Below are positions 50,501 through 64,000 of a stretch of DNA of 64,000 nucleotides, piece by piece; positions within the stretch are counted from its first letter, which is position 1; every line of letters starts with the position of its first letter. The position numbers and the translations under genes were made by a program. Origin of the DNA: Squalus acanthias (lineage: Eukaryota). Under the pieces are notes generated by a model. That model was not told the DNA's origin. It worked only from the letters and a program-made list of their open reading frames with translations, and made no database searches. The stretch is taken from positions 5,890,001 to 5,954,000 of the forward strand of contig CM059433.1 in NCBI GenBank assembly GCA_030390025.1. Reading direction: 5' to 3'.

Positions 50501-53500
50501 CCTACTCCTGCTCCTATCTTCTATGTTTCTATGTTTCTATGTCTTCACAAAGGAGGACACAAATAACCTCCCAGAGATGTCGGGGAACATAGGGTCTAAT
50601 GAGAGGGAGGAACTGAATGAAATCAGTATTTGTAGGGAAATGGTATAAGGGAAATTGACGGGATTGAAGGCCGATAAATCCCCAGGGCCTGATAATCTAC
50701 ATCCTAGGGTACTTAAGGAAGTGGCCCTAGAAATAGTAGATGCATTGCTGGTCATCTTCCAAACTTCTATAGACTCTGGAACAGTTCCCATGGATTGGAG
50801 GGTAGCTAATGTAACCCCACTATTTAAAGAGGTGGTAGAGAGAAAATGGGGAATTATAGACCGGTAAGCCTGACATCGGTAGTGGGGAAAATGCTAGAGT
50901 CCATTATAAAAGATGTAATAGCAGAGCACTTGGAAAACAGTGACAGGATCGGACAAAGTCAACATGGATTTACAAAAGGTAAATCATGCTTGACTAATCT
51001 ACAGGGTGTAACTGGTAGAATAGATAAGGGAGAACCAGTACACGTGGTGTATTTGGACTTTCAGAAGGCTTTCGATAAGGTCCCGCATAAGAGATTAGCG
51101 TGCAAAGTTAAAGCACATGGGATTGGTGGGGGTAAGGTACTGACTTGGATAGAAAACTGGTTGGCAGACAGGAAGCAAAGAGTTGGAATAAACGGGTCTT
51201 TTTCCGAGTGGCAGGCAGTGACTAGTGGGGTACCGCAGGGATCGGTGCTAGGACCCCAGCTATTCACAATATATATTAATGATCTAGACGAGGGAACTAG
51301 ATGTAATATCTCCAAGTTTGCAGACAACACAAAGCTGGGTGGGCGTATGTGCTGTGAGGAGGTTGCAGAGAAACTGCAGTATGATTTGGACAGGTTGGGT
51401 GATTGGGCAGATGCATGGCAGATGCATGGATAAATGCGAGGATATCCACTTTGGTGGCAAAAACAGGAAGGCACATTATCTGAACGGCAATAGATTGGGA
51501 AAAGGGGAAGTGTAACGAGACCTGCGTGTCCTTGTGCACCAGTCGCTGAAGGTAAGCATGCAGGTGCAGCAGGCGGTTAAGAAGGCAAATGGTATGTTGG
51601 CCTTCATAGCGAGAGGATTCGAGTACAGGAGCAAGGATGTCTTGCTGCAGTTGTACAGGGCCTTGGTGAGACCACACCTTGAGTATTGTGTGCAGTTTTG
51701 GTCGCCTTATCTGAGGAAGGATGCTCTTGCCATGGAGGGAGTGCAGCGAAGATTCACCAGACTGATACCTGGGATGGCAGGAATGACGTATGAAGAGAGA
51801 TTGGGTCGATTAGGCTTATATTCGCTAGAGTTTAGAAGAATGAGAGGGGATCTCATTGAAACTTATAAAATTCTAACAGGACTAGACAGACTAGATGCAG
51901 GAAGGCTGTTCCCGATGGCGGGGGAGTCCAGAACCAAGGGTCACAGTCCTAAATGGGTAAGCCATTTAGGACTGAGAGGAGGAGGAATTTCTTCACCCAG
52001 AGAGTGGTGAACCTGTGGAATTCTCTACCACAGAAGGCAGTTGAGGCCAATTCATTAAATATCTTCAAGAAGGAGTTAGATATATTTCTTAAGGCTAAGG
52101 GGATCAAGGGATATGGGGAGAAAGCAGGGACAGGGTACTGAATTTGGATGATCAGCCATGATCACATTGAATGGCGGAGCAGGCTCGAGGGGCCGAATGG
52201 CCTACTCCTGCTCCTATCTTCTATGTTTCTATGTTTCTATGACAGTCACTCTCACCTCACCTCTGGAATTCAGCTCTTTTGTCCATGTTTGGACCAAGGC
52301 TGTAATGCGGTCAGGAGCCAAGTGGTCCTGACGGAAACCAAACTGGTCATCGGTGAGCTGGTTATTTGTGCCTTTGTTAGTGCCGCTTGATAGCATTGTC
52401 GATGACAGCTTCCATCACTTTGCTGATGATGGAGAGATGGCTGATGGGATGGTAACGGGCTGTCGGATTAGTCCAGCTTTTTGTGGACTGTACATACCTG
52501 GCCAATTTACCACTTTGTCGGGGAGATGCCAGTACGGGAACAGCTTGGATAGTGTTGCAGCTAGTTCTGGACACAGGTCTTCAGCACTGCAGCCGCGATG
52601 TTGTCAGAACCCATAGCCTTTGCTGTATCCAGTGCGCTGTACCGTTCTTGATATCACGTGGAGTGAAGTGAATTAGCTGAAGACTGGCTTCTGTGAGGGT
52701 GGGACCTCAGGAGCAGGCCGAGATGCATCATCCACTTGGCACTTGTGACTGAAGATGGTTGCGAAGGCTTCAGCCTTGTCTTTTTCACTCAGGTGCTGTG
52801 CTCCGCCATCATTGAGGATGTGGATGTTCAAGGAGCCTCCTCCTCCCGTTAGTTGTTTAATTGTCCATCACCATTCCCGACTGGATGTGACAGGACTGCA
52901 GAGCTTTGATCTGATCCATTGGGTGTGGGATCGCTTAGCTCTGTCTATAGCACGCTGCCTCCGCTGTTTAACATGCATATAGTCCTGTGTTGTAGCTTCA
53001 CCAAGTTGGTTTCTGATTTTCTGATACACCTGGTGCAGCTCCTGGAATGCTCTTCAACACTCCTTATTGAACCAGGGCTGGTTTGATGGTAATGGTAGAA
53101 TGAGGGATATGCCGGGCCATGAGTTTACAGATTATGGTGGAATACAATTCTGTTGCTGCTGATGGCCCACAGCGCCTCATGGATGCCCAGTTTTGAGCTG
53201 CTAGATGTGTTCTTAATCTATCCCATTTAGCACAGTGGTAGGGCACAGAACACGATGAAGGGGTGTCCTCAGTGACTCGGTAGTACCATGATTGACCAAG
53301 CTGGCTGAGTCCTGAAGGACATAGCAGCCAGACTGACTCACGGCAGGTGGTGAGAGAACAAACACGAGCCTCTACCGAGCAACACTTGGTGATGGACATT
53401 GAAGTCCCCCACCCAGAGTACATTCTGTGCACCAGCAGCCACAGTGCGCCGGAGGAGGAGGGAGTAAATGTTTAAGATGGTGGATGGGGGAGCTGATTAA

Positions 53501-56500
53501 GCGGCCTGCTTTCCCCTGGATTGTGTCGAGCTTCGTGAGTGTTGTTGGAGCTGCAACCGTCCAGGCAAGTGGAAAATATTCCATCGCACTCCTGACTTGT
53601 GCCTTGTAGGGGGTGGAAAGGCTTTGGGGAGTCAGGAGGTGGTGAGTCACTTGCGCAGAATACCCAGCATCTGACTAGCGCTTGTAGGCACAGTATTTAT
53701 TTGGCTGATCTAGGTAAGTTTTTGGTCAATGGTGACCCCCAGGATGTTGATGGTGGGGAATTCAATGATGGTAATGCCATTGACTGTCATGGGGAGGTGG
53801 TTAGACTCTCTCTTGTTGGAGATGGTCATTGTCTGGCACTTGTGTGTCACAAATGTTACTTGCCACTTATCATCCCCAACCTGCATGTTGTCCAGGTCTT
53901 GCTGCACGTGGACACAGACTGCCTCATTGGGCCAAAAATTCGGCACTTGCCGGGTGAGTACGCGCTGTGTACTCACCCGTAAGGCCTCCTGAAGTGCCGG
54001 TTTCCTGCATGCACTGCGCATGCGCGGGAAACTGGAACTTCCGGTCTCGTGAAGGGAGGGGTTCAGAGGTGAACCGCGTGCACGGGAGAGGCTGCGCGCA
54101 CGCAGGGAACTTAGTTTTTTTTCAGGTTTCTCCGGGAAGGTAAGTATGGAAGAAGCTGCGCTTTTAAAAAGGAGGCGCAGGACCCGTTTTTAACAAGGTA
54201 AGTGGTTAATTAATTACAATTAAAAAAAATTTTCAACAGGTTTATCTTTTTTAGATACTTTAAAGAAAGGTAAGTTTATTTTTAGCACTCTTAAAAAGTA
54301 TTTTAATTTTTTCAAAAATTTAAATTTTTGTTTTAAGTAGTTAATTTATTTAACTTATAGTTATTTTAAAAATGTGATGGTTTTTTAAAAAATGTATTTG
54401 AAGTTTAGGTGTTGTTTTGGGGCCGATTTCAATTCATAGATTTGACAGGTCTTGGTTGGCGGACAGAAAGCAGAGAGTAGGAATTAATGGGTCTTTTTCC
54501 GAATGGCAAGTAGTGACTAGTGGGGTACCGCAGGGATCGGTCCTTGGACCCCAGCTATTCACAATATACATTAATGATCTAGATAAGGGAACTAAATGTA
54601 ATATCTCCAAGTTTGCAGATGACACAAAGCTGGGTGGGAGTGTGTGCTGCGAGGAGGATACCGAGAAACTCCAGGATGATTTGGACAGGTTGGGTGATTG
54701 GGCAGAAGTGTGGCAGATGCAATATAACGTGGATAAATGCGAGGTTATCCACTTTGGTGTCAAAAACAGAAAGGCAGACTATTATCTGAATGGCAATAGA
54801 TTGGGAGAAGGGGAAGTGCAACGAGACCTGGGTGTCCTTGTGCACCAGTCGCTGAAAGTAAGCATGCAGGTGCAGCAGGCGGTGAAGAAGGCAAATGGTA
54901 TGTTGGCCTTCATAGCGAAAGGGTTTGAGTATAGGAACAGGGATGTCCTGCTGCAGTTGTACAGGGCCTTGGTGAGACCACACCTTGAGTACTGTGTGCA
55001 GTTTTGGTCGCCTTATCTGAGGAAGGATGTTCTTGCCATGGAAGGAGTTCAGCGAAGATTCACAAGGCTGATACCTGGGATGGCAGGAATGACATATGAG
55101 GAGAGATTGGGTCGATTGGGCTTATACTCGCTGGAGTATAGAAGAATGAGAGGGGATCTCATCGAAACATATAAAATTCTGACAGGTCTGGACAAACTAG
55201 ATGCAGGAAGAATGTTCCCGATGGTCGGAGAGTCCAGAACCAGGGGTCATAATCTAAGGATAAGGGGTAAGCCATTTAGGACAGAAATGAGGAAGAATTT
55301 CTTCACCCAGAGAGTGGTGAACCTGTGGAATTCTCTACCACAGAAGGTAGTTGAGGCCAAGTCATTAAATATATTCAAGAATGAGTTAGATATATTTCTT
55401 AAAGCTAAAGGTATCAAGGGATATGGGGAGAAGGCAGGTACAGGGTACTGAGTTTGGATGATCAGCCATGATCTCATCGAATGGCGGAGCAGGCTCGAGG
55501 GGCCGAATGGCCTACTCCTGCTCCTATCTTCTATGTTTCTATGTTTCTATGTCTTCACAAAGGAGGACACAAATAACCTCCCAGAGATGTCGGGGAACAT
55601 AGGGTCTAATGAGAGGGAGGAACTGAATGAAATCAGTATTTGTAGGGAAATGGTATAAGGGAAATTGACGGGATTGAAGGCCGATAAATCCCCAGGGCCT
55701 GATAATCTACATCCTAGGGTACTTAAGGAAGTGGCCCTAGAAATAGTAGATGCATTGCTGGTCATCTTCCAAACTTCTATAGACTCTGGAACAGTTCCCA
55801 TGGATTGGAGGGTAGCTAATGTAACCCCACTATTTAAAAGAGGTGGTAGAGAGAAAATGGGGAATTATAGACCGGTAAGCCTGACATCGGTAGTGGGGAA
55901 AATGCTAGAGTCCATTATAAAAGATGTAATAGCAGAGCACTTGGAAAACAGTGACAGGATCGGACAAAGTCAACATGGATTTACAAAAGGTAAATCATGC
56001 TTGACTAATCTACAGGGTGTAACTGGTAGAATAGATAAGGGAGAACCAGTACACGTGGTGTATTTGGACTTTCAGAAGGCTTTCGATAAGGTCCCGCATA
56101 AGAGATTAGCGTGCAAAGTTAAAGCACATGGGATTGGTGGGGGTAAGGTACTGACTTGGATAGAAAACTGGTTGGCAGACAGGAAGCAAAGAGTTGGAAT
56201 AAACGGGTCTTTTTCCGAGTGGCAGGCAGTGACTAGTGGGGTACCGCAGGGATCGGTGCTAGGACCCCAGCTATTCACAATATATATTAATGATCTAGAC
56301 GAGGGAACTAGATGTAATATCTCCAAGTTTGCAGACAACACAAAGCTGGGTGGGCGTATGTGCTGTGAGGAGGTTGCAGAGAAACTGCAGTATGATTTGG
56401 ACAGGTTGGGTGATTGGGCAGATGCATGGCAGATGCATGGATAAATGCGAGGATATCCACTTTGGTGGCAAAAACAGGAAGGCACATTATCTGAACGGCA

Positions 56501-59500
56501 ATAGATTGGGAAAAGGGGAAGTGTAACGAGACCTGCGTGTCCTTGTGCACCAGTCGCTGAAGGTAAGCATGCAGGTGCAGCAGGCGGTTAAGAAGGCAAA
56601 TGGTATGTTGGCCTTCATAGCGAGAGGATTCGAGTACAGGAGCAAGGATGTCTTGCTGCAGTTGTACAGGGCCTTGGTGAGACCACACCTTGAGTATTGT
56701 GTGCAGTTTTGGTCGCCTTATCTGAGGAAGGATGCTCTTGCCATGGAGGGAGTGCAGCGAAGATTCACCAGACTGATACCTGGGATGGCAGGAATGACGT
56801 ATGAAGAGAGATTGGGTCGATTAGGCTTATATTCGCTAGAGTTTAGAAGAATGAGAGGGGATCTCATTGAAACTTATAAAATTCTAACAGGACTAGACAG
56901 ACTAGATGCAGGAAGGCTGTTCCCGATGGCGGGGGAGTCCAGAACCAAGGGTCACAGTCTAAGGATAAGGGGTAAGCCATTTAGGACTGAGAGGAGGAGG
57001 AATTTCTTCACCCAGAGAGTGGTGAACCTGTGGAATTCTCTACCACAGAAGGCAGTTGAGGCCAATTCATTAAATATCTTCAAGAAGGAGTTAGATATAT
57101 TTCTTAAGGCTAAGGGGATCAAGGGATATGGGGAGAAAGCAGGGACAGGGTACTGAATTTGGATGATCAGCCATGATCACATTGAATGGCGGAGCAGGCT
57201 CGAGGGGCCGAATGGCCTACTCCTGCTCCTATCTTCTATGTTTCTATGTTTCTATGACAGTCACTCTCACCTCACCTCTGGAATTCAGCTCTTTTGTCCA
57301 TGTTTGGACCAAGGCTGTAATGCGGTCAGGAGCCAAGTGGTCCTGACGGAAACCAAACTGGTCATCGGTGAGCTGGTTATTTGTGCCTTTGTTAGTGCCG
57401 CTTGATAGCATTGTCGATGACAGCTTCCATCACTTTGCTGATGATGGAGAGATGGCTGATGGGATGGTAACGGGCTGTCGGATTAGTCCAGCTTTTTGTG
57501 GACTGTACATACCTGGCCAATTTACCACTTTGTCGGGGAGATGCCAGTACGGGAACAGCTTGGATAGTGTTGCAGCTAGTTCTGGACACAGGTCTTCAGC
57601 ACTGCAGCCGCGATGTTGTCAGAACCCATAGCCTTTGCTGTATCCAGTGCGCTGTACCGTTCTTGATATCACGTGGAGTGAAGTGAATTAGCTGAAGACT
57701 GGCTTCTGTGAGGGTGGGACCTCAGGAGCAGGCCGAGATGCATCATCCACTTGGCACTTGTGACTGAAGATGGTTGCGAAGGCTTCAGCCTTGTCTTTTT
57801 CACTCAGGTGCTGTGCTCCGCCATCATTGAGGATGTGGATGTTCAAGGAGCCTCCTCCTCCCGTTAGTTGTTTAATTGTCCATCACCATTCCCGACTGGA
57901 TGTGACAGGACTGCAGAGCTTTGATCTGATCCATTGGGTGTGGGATCGCTTAGCTCTGTCTATAGCACGCTGCCTCCGCTGTTTAACATGCATATAGTCC
58001 TGTGTTGTAGCTTCACCAAGTTGGTTTCTGATTTTCTGATACACCTGGTGCAGCTCCTGGAATGCTCTTCAACACTCCTTATTGAACCAGGGCTGGTTTG
58101 ATGGTAATGGTAGAATGAGGGATATGCCGGGCCATGAGTTTACAGATTATGGTGGAATACAATTCTGTTGCTGCTGATGGCCCACAGCGCCTCATGGATG
58201 CCCAGTTTTGAGCTGCTAGATGTGTTCTTAATCTATCCCATTTAGCACAGTGGTAGGGCACAGAACACGATGAAGGGGTGTCCTCAGTGACTCGGTAGTA
58301 CCATGATTGACCAAGCTGGCTGAGTCCTGAAGGACATAGCAGCCAGACTGACTCACGGCAGGTGGTGAGAGAACAAACACGAGCCTCTACCGAGCAACAC
58401 TTGGTGATGGACATTGAAGTCCCCCACCCAGAGTACATTCTGTGCACCAGCAGCCACAGTGCGCCGGAGGAGGAGGGAGTAAATGTTTAAGATGGTGGAT
58501 GGGGGAGCTGATTAAGCGGCCTGCTTTCCCCTGGATTGTGTCGAGCTTCGTGAGTGTTGTTGGAGCTGCAACCGTCCAGGCAAGTGGAAAATATTCCATC
58601 GCACTCCTGACTTGTGCCTTGTAGGGGGTGGAAAGGCTTTGGGGAGTCAGGAGGTGGTGAGTCACTTGCGCAGAATACCCAGCATCTGACTAGCGCTTGT
58701 AGGCACAGTATTTATTTGGCTGATCTAGGTAAGTTTTTGGTCAATGGTGACCCCCAGGATGTTGATGGTGGGGAATTCAATGATGGTAATGCCATTGACT
58801 GTCATGGGGAGGTGGTTAGACTCTCTCTTGTTGGAGATGGTCATTGTCTGGCACTTGTGTGTCACAAATGTTACTTGCCACTTATCATCCCCAACCTGCA
58901 TGTTGTCCAGGTCTTGCTGCACGTGGACACAGACTGCCTCATTGGGCCAAAAATTCGGCACTTGCCGGGTGAGTACGCGCTGTGTACTCACCCGTAAGGC
59001 CTCCTGAAGTGCCGGTTTCCTGCATGCACTGCGCATGCGCGGGAAACTGGAACTTCCGGTCTCGTGAAGGGAGGGGTTCAGAGGTGAACCGCGTGCACGG
59101 GAGAGGCTGCGCGCACGCAGGGAACTTAGTTTTTTTTCAGGTTTCTCCGGGAAGGTAAGTATGGAAGAAGCTGCGCTTTTAAAAAGGAGGCGCAGGACCC
59201 GTTTTTAACAAGGTAAGTGGTTAATTAATTACAATTAAAAAAAATTTTCAACAGGTTTATCTTTTTTAGATACTTTAAAGAAAGGTAAGTTTATTTTTAG
59301 CACTCTTAAAAAGTATTTACATTTTTTCAAAAATTTAAATTTTTGTTTTAAGTAGTTAATTTATTTAACTTATAGTTATTTTAAAAATGTGATGGTTTTT
59401 TAAAAAATGTATTTGAAGTTTAGGTGTTGTTTTGGGGCCGATTTCAATTCATAGATTTGACAGGTCTTGGTTGGCGGACAGAAAGCAGAGAGTAGGAATT

Positions 59501-62500
59501 AATGGGTCTTTTTCCGAATGGCAAGTAGTGACTAGTGGGGTACCGCAGGGATCGGTCCTTGGACCCCAGCTATTCACAATATACATTAATGATCTAGATA
59601 AGGGAACTAAATGTAATATCTCCAAGTTTGCAGATGACACAAAGCTGGGTGGGAGTGTGTGCTGCGAGGAGGATACCGAGAAACTCCAGGATGATTTGGA
59701 CAGGTTGGGTGATTGGGCAGAAGTGTGGCAGATGCAATATAACGTGGATAAATGCGAGGTTATCCACTTTGGTGTCAAAAACAGAAAGGCAGACTATTAT
59801 CTGAATGGCAATAGATTGGGAGAAGGGGAAGTGCAACGAGACCTGGGTGTCCTTGTGCACCAGTCGCTGAAAGTAAGCATGCAGGTGCAGCAGGCGGTGA
59901 AGAAGGCAAATGGTATGTTGGCCTTCATAGCGAAAGGGTTTGAGTATAGGAACAGGGATGTCCTGCTGCAGTTGTACAGGGCCTTGGTGAGACCACACCT
60001 TGAGTACTGTGTGCAGTTTTGGTCGCCTTATCTGAGGAAGGATGTTCTTGCCATGGAAGGAGTTCAGCGAAGATTCACAAGGCTGATACCTGGGATGGCA
60101 GGAATGACATATGAGGAGAGATTGGGTCGATTGGGCTTATACTCGCTGGAGTATAGAAGAATGAGAGGGGATCTCATCGAAACATATAAAATTCTGACAG
60201 GTCTGGACAAACTAGATGCAGGAAGAATGTTCCCGATGGTCGGAGAGTCCAGAACCAGGGGTCATAATCTAAGGATAAGGGGTAAGCCATTTAGGACAGA
60301 AATGAGGAAGAATTTCTTCACCCAGAGAGTGGTGAACCTGTGGAATTCTCTACCACAGAAGGTAGTTGAGGCCAAGTCATTAAATATATTCAAGAATGAG
60401 TTAGATATATTTCTTAAAGCTAAAGGTATCAAGGGATATGGGGAGAAGGCAGGTACAGGGTACTGAGTTTGGATGATCAGCCATGATCTCATCGAATGGC
60501 GGAGCAGGCTCGAGGGGCCGAATGGCCTACTCCTGCTCCTATCTTCTATGTTTCTATGTTTCTATGTCTTCACAAAGGAGGACACAAATAACCTCCCAGA
60601 GATGTCGGGGAACATAGGGTCTAATGAGAGGGAGGAACTGAATGAAATCAGTATTTGTAGGGAAATGGTATAAGGGAAATTGACGGGATTGAAGGCCGAT
60701 AAATCCCCAGGGCCTGATAATCTACATCCTAGGGTACTTAAGGAAGTGGCCCTAGAAATAGTAGATGCATTGCTGGTCATCTTCCAAACTTCTATAGACT
60801 CTGGAACAGTTCCCATGGATTGGAGGGTAGCTAATGTAACCCCACTATTTAAAAGAGGTGGTAGAGAGAAAATGGGGAATTATAGACCGGTAAGCCTGAC
60901 ATCGGTAGTGGGGAAAATGCTAGAGTCCATTATAAAAGATGTAATAGCAGAGCACTTGGAAAACAGTGACAGGATCGGACAAAGTCAACATGGATTTACA
61001 AAAGGTAAATCATGCTTGACTAATCTACAGGGTGTAACTGGTAGAATAGATAAGGGAGAACCAGTACACGTGGTGTATTTGGACTTTCAGAAGGCTTTCG
61101 ATAAGGTCCCGCATAAGAGATTAGCGTGCAAAGTTAAAGCACATGGGATTGGTGGGGGTAAGGTACTGACTTGGATAGAAAACTGGTTGGCAGACAGGAA
61201 GCAAAGAGTTGGAATAAACGGGTCTTTTTCCGAGTGGCAGGCAGTGACTAGTGGGGTACCGCAGGGATCGGTGCTAGGACCCCAGCTATTCACAATATAT
61301 ATTAATGATCTAGACGAGGGAACTAGATGTAATATCTCCAAGTTTGCAGACAACACAAAGCTGGGTGGGCGTATGTGCTGTGAGGAGGTTGCAGAGAAAC
61401 TGCAGTATGATTTGGACAGGTTGGGTGATTGGGCAGATGCATGGCAGATGCATGGATAAATGCGAGGATATCCACTTTGGTGGCAAAAACAGGAAGGCAC
61501 ATTATCTGAACGGCAATAGATTGGGAAAAGGGGAAGTGTAACGAGACCTGCGTGTCCTTGTGCACCAGTCGCTGAAGGTAAGCATGCAGGTGCAGCAGGC
61601 GGTTAAGAAGGCAAATGGTATGTTGGCCTTCATAGCGAGAGGATTCGAGTACAGGAGCAAGGATGTCTTGCTGCAGTTGTACAGGGCCTTGGTGAGACCA
61701 CACCTTGAGTATTGTGTGCAGTTTTGGTCGCCTTATCTGAGGAAGGATGCTCTTGCCATGGAGGGAGTGCAGCGAAGATTCACCAGACTGATACCTGGGA
61801 TGGCAGGAATGACGTATGAAGAGAGATTGGGTCGATTAGGCTTATATTCGCTAGAGTTTAGAAGAATGAGAGGGGATCTCATTGAAACTTATAAAATTCT
61901 AACAGGACTAGACAGACTAGATGCAGGAAGGCTGTTCCCGATGGCGGGGGAGTCCAGAACCAAGGGTCACAGTCTAAGGATAAGGGGTAAGCCATTTAGG
62001 ACTGAGAGGAGGAGGAATTTCTTCACCCAGAGAGTGGTGAACCTGTGGAATTCTCTACCACAGAAGGCAGTTGAGGCCAATTCATTAAATATCTTCAAGA
62101 AGGAGTTAGATATATTTCTTAAGGCTAAGGGGATCAAGGGATATGGGGAGAAAGCAGGGACAGGGTACTGAATTTGGATGATCAGCCATGATCACATTGA
62201 ATGGCGGAGCAGGCTCGAGGGGCCGAATGGCCTACTCCTGCTCCTATCTTCTATGTTTCTATGTTTCTATGACAGTCACTCTCACCTCACCTCTGGAATT
62301 CAGCTCTTTTGTCCATGTTTGGACCAAGGCTGTAATGCGGTCAGGAGCCAAGTGGTCCTGACGGAAACCAAACTGGTCATCGGTGAGCTGGTTATTTGTG
62401 CCTTTGTTAGTGCCGCTTGATAGCATTGTCGATGACAGCTTCCATCACTTTGCTGATGATGGAGAGATGGCTGATGGGATGGTAACGGGCTGTCGGATTA

Positions 62501-64000
62501 GTCCAGCTTTTTGTGGACTGTACATACCTGGCCAATTTACCACTTTGTCGGGGAGATGCCAGTACGGGAACAGCTTGGATAGTGTTGCAGCTAGTTCTGG
62601 ACACAGGTCTTCAGCACTGCAGCCGCGATGTTGTCAGAACCCATAGCCTTTGCTGTATCCAGTGCGCTGTACCGTTCTTGATATCACGTGGAGTGAAGTG
62701 AATTAGCTGAAGACTGGCTTCTGTGATGGTGGGACCTCAGGAGCAGGCCGAGATGCATCATCCACTTGGCACTTGTGACTGAAGATGGTTGCGAAGGCTT
62801 CAGCCTTGTCTTTTTCACTCAGGTGCTGTGCTCCGCCATCATTGAGGATGTGGATGTTCAAGGAGCCTCCTCCTCCCGTTAGTTGTTTAATTGTCCATCA
62901 CCATTCCCGACTGGATGTGACAGGACTGCAGAGCTTTGATCTGATCCATTGGGTGTGGGATCGCTTAGCTCTGTCTATAGCACGCTGCCTCCGCTGTTTA
63001 ACATGCATATAGTCCTGTGTTGTAGCTTCACCAAGTTGGTTTCTGATTTTCTGATACACCTGGTGCAGCTCCTGGAATGCTCTTCAACACTCCTTATTGA
63101 ACCAGGGCTGGTTTGATGGTAATGGTAGAATGAGGGATATGCCGGGCCATGAGTTTACAGATTATGGTGGAATACAATTCTGTTGCTGCTGATGGCCCAC
63201 AGCGCCTCATGGATGCCCAGTTTTGAGCTGCTAGATGTGTTCTTAATCTATCCCATTTAGCACAGTGGTAGGGCACAGAACACGATGAAGGGGTGTCCTC
63301 AGTGACTCGGTAGTACCATGATTGACCAAGCTGGCTGAGTCCTGAAGGACATAGCAGCCAGACTGACTCACGGCAGGTGGTGAGAGAACAAACACGAGCC
63401 TCTACCGAGCAACACTTGGTGATGGACATTGAAGTCCCCCACCCAGAGTACATTCTGTGCACCAGCAGCCACAGTGCGCCGGAGGAGGAGGGAGTAAATG
63501 TTTAAGATGGTGGATGGGGGAGCTGATTAAGCGGCCTGCTTTCCCCTGGATTGTGTCGAGCTTCGTGAGTGTTGTTGGAGCTGCAACCGTCCAGGCAAGT
63601 GGAAAATATTCCATCGCACTCCTGACTTGTGCCTTGTAGGGGGTGGAAAGGCTTTGGGGAGTCAGGAGGTGGTGAGTCACTTGCGCAGAATACCCAGCAT
63701 CTGACTAGCGCTTGTAGGCACAGTATTTATTTGGCTGATCTAGTTAAGTTTTTGGTCAATGGTGACCCCCAGGATGTTGATGGTGGGGAATTCAATGATG
63801 GTAATGCCATTGACTGTCATGGGGAGGTGGTTAGACTCTCTCTTGTTGGAGATGGTCATTGTCTGGCACTTGTGTGTCACAAATGTTACTTGCCACTTAT
63901 CATCCCCAACCTGCATGTTGTCCAGGTCTTGCTGCACGTGGACACAGACTGCCTCATTGGGCCAAAAATTCGGCACTTGCCGGGTGAGTACGCGCTGTGT
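35528..64000 (+). repeat. ~5.0-kb TE-derived macrosatellite, at least 5.7 near-identical units, continuing past the window end
   Basis: Marker ORFs at 35641, 40646, 45646, 50655, 55665, 60680. Unit = CR1 1.7 kb (+), LINE B pieces 1.7 kb (-), GGGCC-terminated repeat 0.5 kb, CR1 1.1 kb (+). Confidence 0.97.
38912..39430 (+). mobile_element. One end of the GGGCC-terminated non-autonomous repeat (present in each 5-kb unit)
   Basis: ATT|GGGCCAAAAATTCGG...; homologous to 1-514 (minus); recurs at ~43919, 48924, 53929, 58944, 63959. Confidence 0.7.

Noticed and set aside
45055..51960. Private 1-5 bp deletions (e.g. ~45063, 46943, 48970, 50828, 51950) as unit-specific mutations
   Set aside because: They cluster in one stretch and mostly shorten short homopolymers, so they look like consensus errors; unverifiable without reads.

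Overview
Vertebrate nuclear DNA, most likely a cartilaginous fish (shark), inferred from the repeat complement (CR1/HER1-like LINEs, HE1-like V-SINE, DeuSINE, LF-SINE-like, Penelope-like, 60-bp satellite). There is one recognisable host gene: fibulin-7 (FBLN7), minus strand. Coding exons 1 (15526-15600) and 2 (5989-6148) are present, intron 1 has a GC donor and a CG in place of the AG acceptor, and the remaining exons presumably lie left of the window. Downstream of exon 2, in the same orientation, is an internally deleted retroviral-like element. It carries a gag CCHC knuckle, a UGA-CUAG readthrough-type stop, a protease fused in frame to the end of RNase H, no RT or integrase core, and a splice acceptor. 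Its 606-codon uninterrupted env resembles a paramyxo/pneumovirus F class-I fusogen and has an N-terminal Ig-like domain. The env 3' end is cut by a non-autonomous DNA-transposon-like repeat. Other features are a ~3.3-kb LINE with a tRNA-derived head, a 1465-bp solo-LTR-like insertion with a tRNA-like end, a Penelope-type hammerhead motif and several MITEs. From ~33.8 kb to the window end is a TE-derived tandem array (a 1.7-kb unit, then at least 5.7 copies of a ~5.0-kb unit). Family names come from recalled motifs, not database searches, and repeat boundaries are approximate unless junctions are quoted.
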